This document shows, piece by piece, positions 49,436 through 63,175 of a DNA stretch of 64,000 nt. Below the pieces are notes generated by a model that did not search any database, was not told where the DNA came from, and saw only the letters and a program-made list of their open reading frames with translations. The stretch is taken from NCBI GenBank assembly GCA_030390025.1, contig CM059425.1:166844001-166908000 (forward strand), given 5' to 3'. The stretch's first letter is position 1. The number at the start of each line of letters is the position of its first letter. The stretch comes from Squalus acanthias (taxonomy: Eukaryota). The position numbers were made by a program, and so were the translations under genes.

Positions 49436-51495
49436 CAACAAAAAAGGTGACTCAACCATGGCTAACAAAGGAAATTAGGGATAGCATAAGATCCAAGGAG
49501 AGGACATAAAAATTGGCCAGAAAAAGCAGCAAACCTGAGGATTGGGAGCGGTTTGGGATTCAGCAAAGGAGGACAAAGGGATTAATTAAGAGGGGGAAAA
49601 TAGAGTATGAGAGTAAGCTTGCAGGGAACATAAAAACTGACTGTAAAAGCGTCTATAGATATGTGAAGAGAAAAAGATTGGTGAAGTCAAGCGTAGGTCC
49701 CTTGCAGTCAGAATCAGGGGAATTTATAATGGGGAACAAAGAAATGGCAGACCAATTAAATACATACTTTGGTTCTGTCTTCACAAAGGAGGACACAAAT
49801 AAACTCCCAGAGATGTCGGGGAATATAGGGTCTGATGAGAGGGAGGAACTGAATGAAATCAGTATTTGTAGGGAAATGGTGTTAGGGAAATTGACGGGAT
49901 TGAAGGCCGATAAATCCCCAGGGCCTGATAATCTACATCCTAGGGTACTTAAGGAAGTGGCCCTCGAAATAGTAGATGCATTGCTGGTCATCTTCCAAAA
50001 TTCTATAGACTCTGGAACAGTTCCCATGGATTGGAGGGTAGCTAATGTAACCCCACTATTTATAAAAGGTGGTAGAGAGAAAACGGGGAATTATAGACCA
50101 GTAAGCCTGACATCAGTAGTGGGGAAAATGCTAGAGTCCATCATAAAAGATGTAATAGCAGAGCACTTGGAAAACAGTAACAGGATCAGACAAAGTCAAC
50201 ATGGATTTACAAAAGGTAAATCATGCTTGACTAACCTACTGGAATTTTTTGAGGATGTAACTGGTAGAATAGTTAAGGGAGAACCAGTGGATGTGGTGTA
50301 TTTGGACTTTCAGAAGGCTTTTGACAAGGTCCCGCATAAGAGATTAGCGTGCAAAGTTAAAGCACATGGGATTAGGGGTAAGGTACTGGATTTGCATAGA
50401 ACACTGGTTGGCAGACAGGAAGAAAGAGTTGGAATAAACGGGTCTTTTTCCGAGTGGCAGGCAGTGACTAGTGGGGTACCGCAGGGATCGGTGCTAGGAC
50501 CCCAGTTATTCACAATATATATTAATGATCTAGACGAGGGAACTAGATGTAATATCTCCAAGTTTGCAGATGACACAAAGCTGAGTGGGCGTGTGTGCTG
50601 TGAGGAGAATGCAGAGAAACTCCAGTATGATTTGGACAGGTTGGGTGATTGGGCAGATGCATGGCAGATGCAGTATAATGTGGATAAATGCAAGGTTGTC
50701 CACTTTGGTGGCAAAAACAGGAAGGCAGATTATTATCTGAACGGCAATAGATTGGGAAAAGGGGAAGTGCAATGAGACCTGGGTGTCCTTGTGCACCAGT
50801 CGCTGAAAGCAAGAATGCAGGTGCAGCAGGCGGTTAAGAAGGCAAATGGTATGTTGGCCTTCATAGCGAGAGGATTCGAGTACAGGAGCAAGGATGTCTT
50901 GCTGCAGTTGTACAGGGCCTTGGTGAGACCACACCTTGAGTATTTGCAGTTTTAGTCGCCGTATATGAGGAAGGATGTTCTTGCCATGGAGGGAGTGCAG
51001 CGAACATTCACCAGACGGATACCTGGGATGGCAGGAATGACGTATGAAGAGAGATTGGGTCGATTAGGCTTATATTCGCTAGAGTTTAGAAGAATGAGAG
51101 GGGATCTCATTGAAACTTATAAAATTCTAACAGGACTAGACAGACTAGATGCAGGAAGGCTGTTTCCGATGGTGGGGGAGTCCAGAACCAGGGGTCACAG
51201 TCTAAGGATAAGGGGTAAGCCATTTAGGACTGAGATGAGGAGGAATTTCTTCACCCAGAGAGTGGTGAACCTGTGGAATTCTCTACCACAGAAGGCAGTT
51301 GAGGCCAATTCATTAAATATATTCAAGAAGGAGTTAGATATATTTCTTAAGGCTAAGGGGATCAAGGGATATGGGGAGAAAGCAGGGACAGGGTAGTGAA
51401 TTTGGATGATCAGCCATGATCGCATTGAATGGCGGAGCAGGCTCAAGGGGCCAAATGGCCTACTCCTGCTCCTATCTTCTATGTTTCTATGTTTC
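49436..51495 (+). mobile_element. CR1 LINE, 5'-truncated
   Basis: RT ORFs 49513-50775 and 50965-51396, 3' stem-loop and (TTTCTATG)n tail. Confidence 0.93.
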
Positions 51496-52660
51496 TGTAC
51501 GATAGGGATTACTGAGGACAGATTTGAACACGGACAGCATTTTGGGGCTCACCCGTACAGTGTTTATTAAGGTTGACAAAACCACTCCACTTGCATACAG
51601 TACGAGTGGTGTGAACACAACAGTACAGTTTAAAATAGTACAACCCTGACTTGTCCAACAAGCCTCTGCTGTGCTGACTTACCACGGCCTAAAAACACCC
51701 TCCCGTGAACTAAACTATCACAGGACCCTTCCAACGCTAAATCCCCTGTGGTTTGGTAGGAACATACAGGCACCCCCTCACACAGCTAAGTGATCTTGTG
51801 GGTGTGTAGGCTTGGCAATGCTCACCTAGATTGCCCTTGATCTTGCTTGTAGCTTCCTCCCGTCCGTCTCGGCTACCTGGTTCCGTTTCGGCCTTGCGGC
51901 ATGCGAGTCCCAGTCTGAGTCGAAGTCCATCTCGGTTGCAAGAGCAAGGCTCAGCTCCTCTTGACGTTCCGTTGTGTGGAGGGCAGGAGAGAGAGAGAGA
52001 GAGAGAGAGAGCTATCCAAACTGCTCTCTGATATACCCCTCCAATAAATAGACCGCTGTCTGTGGTTTTAATGGACACATGGCCTCAGGGAAATGGTTTC
52101 CAGGCTTCCTCCCAGGTTTGGATGGTTTAGATCTCGTTTCGATCTCCCAGCCGATTAACTTAACAAGCTCTCTTCTCCAGAAACAATGAGTCGCCAGCCT
52201 CGTTATTCATGACTTGGGAGTGGGCCTCTCGGGCCATTGTTCCTAAGGACAGTTCGTTACCATACGAATGCAACCTGGTTATGTCAGCCACTTTCAGCTT
52301 GAGTGTTTTCCACTGCTTACCCCCAAACAGTCTGTCCAGTTTTTAATAAGGGTATATGTTCATAATCTAAAAAAAAACCATGGAGTCTGCGCATGGCACA
52401 CGGATCCCAGGGCACAGCCTGTGCGAAAGCATACCTGGGATCACATGGGCCTGGTCTTCCAATCAGAAAACAGATTGTCTTGCATTCATTTAAATTACTT
52501 CATTACTTCATTACTACAACCTTTGAAAGACATACAGATTAAGCTTTTATGGTGGGAATCCAATTCATTACTCATACTTCCCACTTCTAAACAAATACTG
52601 TGCACTGTGCAGAAAGTTCTGAAATGTAAACGTTATTTAAAAAAAAACCTACAGGTTTAA
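51496..52660 (-). mobile_element. Possible LTR fragment containing a (GA)n microsatellite
   Basis: Starts TGTAC directly after a CR1 tail, has a minus-strand AATAAA at about 51563 and (GA)n at 51987-52011. Right end and TSD not established. Confidence 0.3.
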
Positions 52661-53094
52661 CATACACTAGCTTTTAATGTTCCTGGAAGTCATTTATTTT
52701 AAAAAAAAATGTTTTTCATCTCAGGTATCCCCTTAGACTGTGGAAACAGGCCCTGCGTCTGTTTCCACCAGCCGCAAAATTTCCGTACGTAATTGCTGGG
52801 CAGTTTTTGGGCAAGTAGCTCAACTCTGCGCTAGCAATTAGGTTTTCCATGGTGGTGCGGATGGTCTGTAAACGCGTACGCTGACAGACCGCAAGTTCGG
52901 GATTTAGCTCATGGGCAAGCGCTTGCGGAAATCCCGAACTTGCAGTGGATTTCAAAGACGGTATGACGACGTACTCTGAAAGTACCCCGTCATACCCAAC
53001 ACAATATCTAGGCCAATAAAGTTTACATAAAAAAGGGCAAATGGGAGAAACAAGACTGAAGGAGCAGTATTTGACAGAACTAAAATTAAGAATG

Positions 53095-53880
53095 AGGCGA
53101 TGAGGTGTTTTTGCTGTGAAATGTTCTTGTAAGAGAAAGCCAGATACATTAAAAGGGCAGCCAGATGTGATAACTTGCTGTTGATCAACAAACTTAAGAA
53201 AAGAGTTATGGTCTTAGAGAGTGAAGTACAGGAATTTACAAGGGCAGACAAAAGTGAAGGCAAGTGGATCGAGCAGTAAACTTGATGGGGTACCCACGGC
53301 GAAGAGGCGGCCGCGATTTTGAGACACCTGCCTCATTTACATCGGGGCAGCAAATGGGCATCCCAATGCAGCTCATCGGATTAATGCTGCTCTCGGCCAC
53401 CCATATTATTTATTGTGGGGCCTGGATGTGCGCTCTTCCAGGGTTAGAGGGGCAGTAAGGCTACAGATCCCATTTTGAGGAAATTACTGACCAATTAACA
53501 CCAGGTGAAACAAATTAAAATTGACCCCAATAAGTAAGTATTCACAGGGCAGTGAGATGTCCAGGTAGCTATTAAACCTTGAGAGAGAATCAACAGGTAG
53601 TGGGGCTGGAGACCAGTTTAATCAGGGATAGGATTGTGATAATAAACGATGCAGAGGAAAAGCAAGAAAGTAGGGATATTGGATGGAGTAAGGTTGGGAA
53701 AAGAAGCAGGAGTGGTAGGAAAGCCGGAAAATGTATTAATTGAGCTCCCAATAACAAACAGATTACAGGCACTGTCCAGTGTCATAGGAGGAAACAATAT
53801 AGGGACTTTAAATGGATCATGCATGAGGATTGCCTCAAAGCTCAGAGACAGGGAATGCAAAACAGTGTTCTCTGGTGTAG
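53095..53880 (+). pseudogene. Probable CR1-type ORF1 remnant (Zn finger/leucine zipper, NRxxAL motif, esterase-like), interrupted by a TIR element at about 53262-53528
   Basis: MRCFCCEM..., RCDNLLLINKLKKRVMVLESEVQE, ELPITNRLQAL and VIGGNNIG. Confidence 0.45.
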
Positions 53881-53932
53881 TGTTCTCTGTTGTACAGTGT
53901 TCTCTGGGGTACAGTGTTCTCTGAGGTCGAGG

Positions 53933-54262
53933 TTATGGTCTGAAATTGTTGAAATCGATGTTGAGTCCGGAAGGCTGTAAAGTGCCTAATCGAAAGATGA
54001 GGTGCTGTTCCTCGAGCTTACGTTGAGCTTCGTTGGAACATTGTAAGAGGCCGAGGACAGAGAGGTCAGAGTGGGAGTGGAGCAGAGAATTAAAGTGACA
54101 GACGACTGGAAGCTCGGGATCACCCTTAAGGACTGAACAGAGGTGTTCCGCAAAGCGGTCACCCAATCTGCATTTGGTCTCCCCAATGTAGAGGAGACCG
54201 CATCGTGAGCAGCGAATACAGTACACTAAATTGCAAGAAGTACAAGTAAATCGCTGTTTCAC
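53933..54262 (-). pseudogene. GIY-YIG endonuclease domain of the Penelope-like element
   Basis: LVYCIRC..LYIGET, RLGDRFAEH, RKLEEQHLI and GLN motifs. Confidence 0.9.
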
Positions 54263-54918
54263 CTGGAAGTAATGTTTGGGGCCCTAGACAGTGGAAAGGG
54301 AGGAGGTAAAAGGGCAGGTGTTGCATCTCCTGCGCTTGCACGGGAAGGTGCCGGCCGAAGGGGAAGGGGTATTGGTGGTGATAGAGGAGTGGACCAGGGT
54401 GTCGCGGAGGGATCGGTCCCTTCGGAATGCTGAAAGGGGAGATGAGGGGAAGATGTGTTTGGTGGTGGGATCATGCTGGAACTGGCGGAAATGGCGGAGG
54501 ATGATCCGTTGAATGTGGAGGCTGGTGGGGTGAAAGGTGAGGTCAAGGGGAACCCTATCGTGGTTCCGGGAGGGAGGGGCAGGGGTCAGAGCAGAAGTGC
54601 GGGAACTAGAACAGACACAGTCAAGGGCCGTGTCAACCACGGTAGAGGGGAATCATCGGTTGAGGAAAAAGGAAAACATATCAGAAGCACTGGTATTGAA
54701 GGTGGCATCGTTAGAGCAGATACAGCGGAGGCGGAGAAACTGGGAGAATGGAATAGAGCCCTTACAGGAAGTGGGGTGGGAGGAAGTGTAGTCCAGGTAG
54801 CTGTGGGAGTCAGTGGGCTTGTAGTGAATGTTAGTCAATAGCCTATTCCCAGAGATGGAGACAGAGAAGTCAAGGAAGGGAAGGGAAGAGTTGGAGATGG
54901 ACCATGTGAAGGTGAGGG

Positions 54919-56189
54919 TGTGAAAGAATATGCCATATTCAGAAAAATGCACCATCCTATGAAAAGAATTTTGACTATATTAAAACATGACAAACTGGGC
55001 TTGAAAATCTGGAAGCCTCAACAATCTAAAGCTGTAAACAGCATACAGGCTGTTGAGATAAGATAAGTTGTTGACACTGAATCAATAGCCTTAATGAAAC
55101 AAAAGGTTAGAGGTTCCTGGAAGTCTGAAGCCTTTGAAAAAGCACAATGGTATACCCTGTTAAAGTGTCTTAAACCAACACTTTGAAATGAAACACAGAA
55201 AGATAAAGAAACATATGCCTTCGTAAAAATAACATCAAATGAAACACGGAGACACGAGTCTGTGTGCAACCAACTGAGGTAACTAAGAAGACAATGGTAC
55301 ATCCGATTGAGGTGTTCTAAATGCAAAAGATACAAACAGAAGACCTTGGTAAGAATGGCATCAAGTGGGGGAGGCACCATCCATCACATTGTTTTTGTGT
55401 TGAACTTGAAACACCTAAAAGGAGAGACATAATTCTTACTGCTACCAGCTGAACTGACTGTAAGAATAGCAGGGGTCAACAGAAAAATGAATAGAGATAA
55501 TTAGCTTACATCAGCATAAAACTTCAAAGGATATACCACTGAGAAAGGGTATAAAAATTGGACTTTCAAATGGGATGATAGATTCGCTTGAAGGGGCAAA
55601 GCGATTCTCAGGCTTCAGAGGCAATCTCTGTAAGTCTTCAACTCTTTGTATCTCAGGGATCAAGGTACTTGTATTTGATTTTGGTGGATATCCTGGAATA
55701 GACTAAGAAATGTAAAAATGTAACGAAGTTAAGATTTGAGAATAAGGATCTCTGATAATAAGATTGTAAAAGCTTTTTGTATTTGGAACTGTTAATGTTG
55801 CGATTGAAACACCTACTGTAATTACATGTCAGTTCTTTAATAAATCTATATATTTTTAGAATTGTCTCACATAGTACTTCTGTATCAAACTCGCGAACTC
55901 AATCTCTGTACACTCTTTGGTGAGGAGTTGCAGAATTCTGGGGGAGTTTTCCACGCCCTCATAATATCCGGAAGGTTACAGTCTAGCTAAACTTATTAAA
56001 AGTGCTATCTGGAGTACGGTAACATCTTCAGGCTGTTCCTTTCCTTTAGGGAGATAGTCTGGACCTTTAGATCCAATTAAGCGTCTTTATGATTTAGCTA
56101 CCTCTAACTTTAGTTGAAGGTGAACGTCTGGGGAATACACCTGATCCGGGGTAGCCCAAAAGGGGCTAGGACTAGTAATTATCCCTTCA
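54919..56189 (+). mobile_element. Solo LTR, 1271 bp
   Basis: TG...CA ends, perfect TSD AGGG (54915-54918, 56190-56193), TATAAAA at 55550, AATAAA at 55839. Confidence 0.88.
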
Positions 56190-57537
56190 AGGGAAGGGTG
56201 GAAATTGGAAGCAAAGTGAATGAAATTTTCTAGTTCAGGGTGAGAGCAAGAAACGGCACCAATACAGTCATCAATGTACCGGAAAGAGAGATGAGTGAGG
56301 GGACCTGAGTAGGACTGGAACAAAGAATGTTCCACATATCCCATGGAAAGGCAGGCATAGCTAGGACCCATGCGGGTTCCCATAGCAACACCTTTAATTT
56401 GGAGGAAGTGAGTGGAGTCAAAGGAGAAGTTGTTCAATGTGAGAACAAGTTCAGCCAGGTGGAGGAGGGTGGTGTTGGAAGGGGACTGGTTGGGTCTCTG
56501 TTCAAGGAAGAAGCGGAGCGCCCTCAGGCCATCCTGGTGGGGGATGGAGGTGTAGAGAGATTGGACGTCCATAGTGAAAAGGAGACGGCTGGGGCCAGGA
56601 TACTGGAAACTGTTAAAGTGGCGGAGGGCGTCAGAAGAGTCGTGGATGTAGGCGGGAAGAGACTGGACAAGGGGAGAAAAAATAGAGTCAAGATAGGAAG
56701 AAATCAGTTCCATGGGGCAAGCACAGGCTGAAACGATGGGTCTGCCAGGGCAGTCCTGTTTGTGGATCTTGGGAAGGAGGTAGAAGTGGGCTGTGCGGGG
56801 TTGGGGAACTATGAAGTTGCCGGCCGTGGAGGGAAGATCTCCAGAGAAGATGAGGTCAGTGACGGTCTTGGAAACGATGGCTTGATGTTCGGTAGTGGGG
56901 TCATGGTCCAGGGAGAGGTAGGAGGAGGTGTCAGAGAGTTAGCATTCAGCCTCTGCACGGTAGAGGTCAGGTCGCCAAACAACAACAGCGCCGCCCTTGT
57001 CAGCAGGTTTAATGTCAATGTTGGGGTTGGATCTGAGAGAATGGGATGCTGCAAGTTCAGAGGAGGTAGGTTGGAGTGGGTGAGGGGAACAGAGAAATTG
57101 AGACGGCCGATGTCACGCCGGCAGTTTGCAATGAAAAGATCTAGAGAGGGTAAGAGGCCAGAGGGAGGGGTCCAGGTAGAACGAGAATTCTGAAAACGGG
57201 AGAAAGGGTCAGCTGTGCGGGGGAAGAATCCTGGCCAAAGAAGTGGGCACTGAGACAAAGGCGACGGAAAAAGAGCTCAAAGTCGTGCCGAGCTCGAAAT
57301 TCATTGAGGTGGGGGCGTAAGGGGATGAAGCTCAGGCCTTTGCTGAGGACTGATCGTTCGAGGTCAGAGAGGGGAAGGTCAGAGGGGATTGTGAAAACAT
57401 GGCAGGGGGTGAGATTGGAAGAATGGACGGGGTCAGAGGAAAGTGAATGGGAAGAAGGCTCCGGAGGGGCGATGGTGTTCAAGAGTTGTTGAAGCTTACG
57501 ATCCTTGACACCTGAAAGGAAGAGAAACAGATTTTGT

Positions 57538-57955
57538 TAAAGGCAAATCGTGTTTAACCAACTTGTTCGAGTTTTTTGATGGGGTAACAGAGAGGGTTGA
57601 TGAGGGCAATGCGGTTGACGTGATGTACATGGATTTCCAAAAGGCGTTCGACAAAGTGCCACATAATAGACTTGCCAGAAAAGTTGAAGCCCATGGAATA
57701 AAAGGACAGTGGCAGCATGGATACGGAATTGGCTAAGTGACAGGAAACAGAGAGTAGTGGGGAACAGTTGTTTTTTGGACTGGAGGAAGGTATACAGTGG
57801 TGTTCCCCAAGGGTCAGTTCTAGGACCACTACTTTTCTTGATATATATTAATGACTTGGACGTGGGTGTACACAGCACAATTTCAAAATTTGCAGATGAC
57901 ACAAAACTTGGAAGTATAGTGAACAGTGAGGAGGATAGTGATAGACGTCAAGACA
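57538..57955 (+). mobile_element. CR1 RT fragment
   Basis: GVPQGSVLGPLLFLIYINDL and FADD motifs. Confidence 0.85.
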
Positions 57956-58732
57956 TTATGGTTTAGATGTGTCACCAGAGTTTATACTCGATTTCATCGT
58001 TAGCTGACGCATATTTTGTTTATGACACTGATAGTGCTGTATGCTGAAGTACTGTTGTTACTTTTGAATCATTTTGTTTCATCTGGAATTGATTCAGTAA
58101 AGATAAGTACTTGACAGTACTGGGCGATGGGACCTCTCTGGCATCATTGCTGACGCATCAATAGGTCGGCTCAAGTAGTTCAGAAACACACAAGCACCAA
58201 GCTAGGCAGCAAATAGCCCCTTGAACTGTCTTATTATTCAATAATTCACAGGGGTCATTTTTAGGCATAAACATAAATATGGACCAATATGCATAAATAA
58301 AGATGATTTGAAGGAATACATGACAGTGCCAGACTCCTGCAGGCACACCAACTGAAATTCTGTAGCTTCACTAAGTGATTTCCCCATTTCTCATATCTGC
58401 TGCCCAAACGCATTCCACTTTATGAGATTAGGTAGCTGACATACACTGTAGTCTGCAGGAACTCCTGGTGATGTGCCCATTGAAGCTACTTTACTGTGAA
58501 GCATTCTGCACTTTGTGTGTGCGTCCAACACACCAGTGGTCCTTATATTTTCAAACTTTGATGTGCTGCCAAAGGTTGGTATAGAGCACAGTTCAGTACA
58601 TCATTCAAGAGTAGCATTCAAGGGACATGAGCGAATCCGGTGGTCTTAATATAAATAGTTTAAAAAATATGCAAAAATCTCAGTACTCACATTTTTAAAA
58701 ATACATATCAAAATATGAATTATTTTAATTTC

Positions 58733-61360
58733 AACAACAACAACAACTTGTATTTATATAGCGCCTTTAACATAGTAAAACGTCCCAAGGCACTTCACAG
58801 GAGTATTAAAAGACAAAAAAACGAGCCACATAAGGAGATATTAGTTAGGGCAGGTGACTAAAAAGCTTGGTCAAAGAGGTAGGTTTTAAGGAGCATCTTA
58901 AAGGAGGAAAGAGAGGTAGAGAGGCAGAGAGCTTTAGGGAAGGAGTTCCAGAGATTAGGGCCTTGGCAGCTGAAGGCACAGCCACCAATGGTTGAGTGAT
59001 TATAATCAGGGATGCTCAAGAGGGCAGAATTAGAGGAGTGCAGATATCTCGGGGGGTTGTGGGGCTGGAGGAGATTACAAAGATAGGGAGGGGTGAGGCC
59101 ATGGAGACATTTGAAAACAAGGATGAGAATTTTGAAATCGAGGCATTGCTTAACCGGGAGCCAATGTAGGTCAGCGAGCACAGGGTTGATGGGCGAACGG
59201 GACTTGGTGCAAGTTAGGACACGGGGAGCCGAGTTCACAGAATCATAGAATGGTTACAGCATGGAAGAAAGCCATTTGGCCTGTTGAGCCCATGCCGACT
59301 CTCAGCTAGTCCCACTCCACTGCCCTTTCCCTGTAGCCCTGCAAAAAAATTTTCCTTCAGATACTTATCCAACTCCCTTTTGAAAGATAAGATTCAGTCT
59401 GCCTCCTCCACCCTCTCAGGCAGTGCATTCCAGATCTTAACCACTCGCTGCATAAAAAGTTTTTCTTATGTCGCCTTTGGTTCTTTTGCCAATCACCTTA
59501 AATCTGTGTCCTCTGGTTCTCAACCCTTCTGCCAATGGGAACAGTTTCTCTCTATCTACTCTGTCCAGACCCCTCATGATTTTGAATACCTCTATGAAAT
59601 CTCTTCTCAATCTTCTCTGCTCCAAGGAGAACAACCCCAGCTTCTCCAGTCTATCAACGCAACTGAAGTCCCTCATTCCTGGAATTATTCTCGTAAATCT
59701 TTTCTGCACCTTCTCTAAGGCCTTCACATCCTTCCTAAAGTGTGGTGCCCAGAATTGGACACAGTACTCCAGTTGGGGCCGAACCAGTGTTTTATACAGG
59801 TTCTTCATAATTTCCACACTTTTGTACTCTATACCTCTATTTATGAAGCCCAGGATCCCATAAGCCTTTTTAACTGCTTTCTCAACCTGCCTTGCCACCT
59901 TCAATGATTTGTGCACATATACCCCCAGGTCTCTCTGTTCGTGCACCCCCTTTAGGATTGTACCATATAGTTTATATGTCCTCTCCTCATTCTACCAAAA
60001 TGTATCACTTCACACTAGGCTGCGTTAAATTTCATCTGCCACGAGTCCACCCATTTCACCAGCCTGTCTATGTTTTGGATGACCTCAAGTTTATGTAGGG
60101 TAGAATGTGGGAGGCCAGCCAGGAGTGCATTGGAATAGGCAAGTCTAGAGGTAACAAAGGCATGAATGAGGGTTTTAGCAGCAGATGAGCTGAGGCAGGG
60201 GCGGAGACGGGTGATGTTACGGATGTGGAAATAGGCGGTCTTAGTTATGCTGCGGATATGTGGGTGGAAGCTCATTTCAGGGTCAAATATGACACCAAAG
60301 TTGCAAACAGTTTGGTTCAGCCTCAGACAGATGCTAGCGAAAGTGATGGAGTTGGTGGCTAGGGAACAGAGTTTGTGGCAGGGACCGAAGACAATGGCTT
60401 CAGTCTTCCCAATATTTAATTGGAGTACTGGATATTGGACAAGCAGTCTGACAATTTAGAGACCATGAAGGGGCCGAGAGAATTGGTGGTGAGGTAGAGC
60501 TGGGTGTCGTCAGCATATATGTGGAAACTGATGCCATGTTTTCAGATGATGTCGTCAAGGGGCAGCATATAGATGTGAAATAGGAGGGGCCCAAGGATAG
60601 ATCCTTGGGGGGACCCCAGAGGTAACGATGCGGGAGTGGGAAGAGAAGCCATTGCAGGTGATTTTCTGGCTACGATTAGCTAGATAAGAATGGAACCAGG
60701 TGAGTGTAGTCCTACCCAGCTGGACGATGGTGGAGAGGCGTTGGAGGAGGATGGAGTGGTCAACTGTGTCAAAGGCTGCAGACAGGTCAAGAAGGATGAG
60801 GAGGGATAGTTTACCTTTGTCACAGTCACAAAGGATGTCATTTGTGACTTTGATGAGAGCCGTTTCGGTACTGTGGCAGGGGCAGAAACCGGATTGGAGG
60901 GATTCGAACATGGAGTTCCAGGAAAGATGGGCACGGATTTGGGAGGCGACAACACATGCAAGGACTTTGGAGAGGAAAGGGAGGTTGGAGATGGGGCGGT
61001 AGTTTGCAAGGACAGTGGGATCATGGGTTGGTTTTTTGAGCAAAGGGGTGATGACAGCAGATTTGAAGGAGAGGGGGACAGTACCTGAGGAGAGAGAACT
61101 GTTAACAATGTCAGCTAACATAGGAGCCAGAAAAGGAAGTTGGGTGGTCAGCAGTTTAGTGGGAATAGGGTCGAGGGAGCAGGAAGTGGGTCTCATGGAC
61201 AAGATGAGTGTGGAGAGGTCAAGAGGGGAGATCGGAGAGAAACTGGAGAAAGATGCGAGTTCAGGGCTAGGGCAGGGGGGAACCTTAGAGGAAGTTTGGC
61301 CCGGTGGGTTAGGGGAAGGGAGGGAAGCGGCAGAGGCAGCTGATCGGATGGTCTCATTCA
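58733..61360 (-). mobile_element. L2-clade LINE (58733-59236 plus 60078-61360) split by a CR1
   Basis: SCSLDPIPT, NYRPISNLPFLSK, HSTETAL, LLDLSAAFDTVDH, LIHAFVTSRL and LHWLPV motifs, with a (GTT)n tail. Confidence 0.9.
59237..60077 (-). mobile_element. CR1 LINE 3' end inserted in the L2
   Basis: RT C-terminal ORF 59437-59946 and tail at 59237-59250. Confidence 0.9.
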
Positions 61361-62224
61361 GTTAATATTCTTTGTGAGGGGATTACAATTTGATATAGGT
61401 TTGAACTCATGAGAATATGTGTAAACTGTCTCCTTTTCCCTAACTCTACTCGATTTCAAACGTGAACTCATTTTTCAAATCAAAGTAATGATAACATGCT
61501 ATTTAGAACAAATTTAAAATAAATCAGTCATTGTTTGATAATAAAGCAGGTTTTTATAGAAGGTGAATTTTTCAGTGCATTGATACAGATAATGTTCGGA
61601 GTGAGGAAAATTAGGTGGATGCCATTTTCACCCGTTGTGCGGCTTCAAAACTCTTCCCTGAGTTTTCTCGCGCTTTCTGAGCCTTCCGGGATCTGCTTGC
61701 CGAGTTCTGACTCACTTCATTTGTATTTCAGTGTGAGAGTCAGCGGCGTAGCAGTTGTGAGTTTATTGAGTTTGCAGTGTTAATACACTCTGGGTAAATT
61801 AGACTGACATTTATGAGGCGCAGCAGCTGCCAGGATCAGCTGATCACAGAATGTTACTGACACTGAAGAGGCTGGAGACTTTGAGTACAGATCTCTGCAG
61901 CTGGGAAATGACTTTTAAAGGAATTTTTTGATTTTGCAATTCTGCTAAAATGCACCTGCACTTGCTTCTGGCTGTCTTTAACGTTGATTAACTATGTTGG
62001 TTGATACTGTTATATGTTATGTATGATACACTGATAGCTTTAAGATGTCTAGAGCATCAATGTGGTTGCCATGTTGTAAGCTGTGCTGCCTAAATCCTTT
62101 TACAATACAGCTGGTAGATGTTCATCGAGTAGCTTATGAGGAAATTCTGAGGCTTTAGACAACAAATCCTGTGATACCTGAAGGCTGGATATGTGAAAAT
62201 GTGTGCATAAGTCCATTGTTTGCT

Positions 62225-62580
62225 GTTGAGGGGTGATCTGATCGAGGTGTTTAAAATGATAAAGGGATTCGATAGGGTAGATGCAGAAAAACTATTTCCT
62301 CTGGTGAGGGAATCAAGAACAAGGGGGCATGATCTTGAACTTAGAGCTAGACCAGTTAAGAGTGAAATCTGGAAGCATTTTTTCACGCAAAGGTTAGTGG
62401 AAATCTGGAACTCTCTAACCCAAAAGGCTTTAGATGCTAGGTCAGTTGAAATTTTCAAGACTGAGATCAATAGACTTTTGTTAAGTAAGGGTATCAAAGG
62501 ATATGGAACCAGATTAGACATGATCTAATTGAATTACGGAATAGGCTCGAGGGGCTGAGCAGCCTTCTCCTGTTCCTCCT
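62225..62580 (+). mobile_element. CR1 3' end
   Basis: LRGDLIEVFK...KGIKGYG followed by a 3' UTR. Confidence 0.85.
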
Positions 62581-62771
62581 CGATTGGGTTACAAAGAGAC
62601 AAGCATTGCTGCTAAAGCTCCATATTTCCAACTGGTGTTGTTTCAAGGTTATAATCAGTAACAAGTAGTCCACTACATTTCAAACTACATGCCTGGTGTA
62701 AAGGAATACACTTCAGTCTACCAATATCCCAAATTAAGAAAGGTTTTGCAGCTTTGTTTCATATTTATATT

Positions 62772-63175
62772 ATTCAACAACAACAACTTACATTTATATA
62801 GCACATTTAACACAGTAAAACATCCCATGCGCTTAACAAGAGCGATATCAATAAAAAACATTTTTTGGACACCAAGCCACAGAAGGAGCTATCAGGACAG
62901 ATGACCAAAAGCTTGATCAAAGAGGTACGTTTTAAGAAGCATCTTAGAAGAGGAGAGAGAGGTAGAGAGGCGGACAGGTTTAGGGAGGGAATTCCAGAGC
63001 TTAGGGCCTAGGCAGCTGAAAGAATGGCCGCCAATGGTGGAGTGATTAAAATTGGGGATGTGCAAGAGGCCAGAATTGGAAGAGTGCAGAGATCTCGAAG
63101 GCTTGTAAGACTGGAGGAGACTACAGAGATTGGGGTGAGGTCATGGAGGGATTTGGAAACAAGGATGAGGATTTT
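62772..63175 (-). mobile_element. L2 LINE 3' end
   Basis: Homologous to 58733-59135, with a (GTT)n tail. Confidence 0.8.

Larger units (their letters stand above)
53924..57537 (-). mobile_element. Penelope-like retroelement (RT plus GIY-YIG endonuclease), frameshifted and split by a solo LTR
   Basis: LSKGLSFIP, TMDVQSLYTSI, QIKGVAMGTRMGPSYA, RYIDD, FLD, HYKPTD, a Cys-rich linker CKRRRCNTC, and VYCIRCSRCGLLYIGET..RFAEH. Confidence 0.92.

Noticed and set aside
56087..56713. Telomerase-like RT
   Set aside because: Linked to a GIY-YIG domain, so it is a Penelope RT. The ORF's last residues are read-through into a solo LTR.
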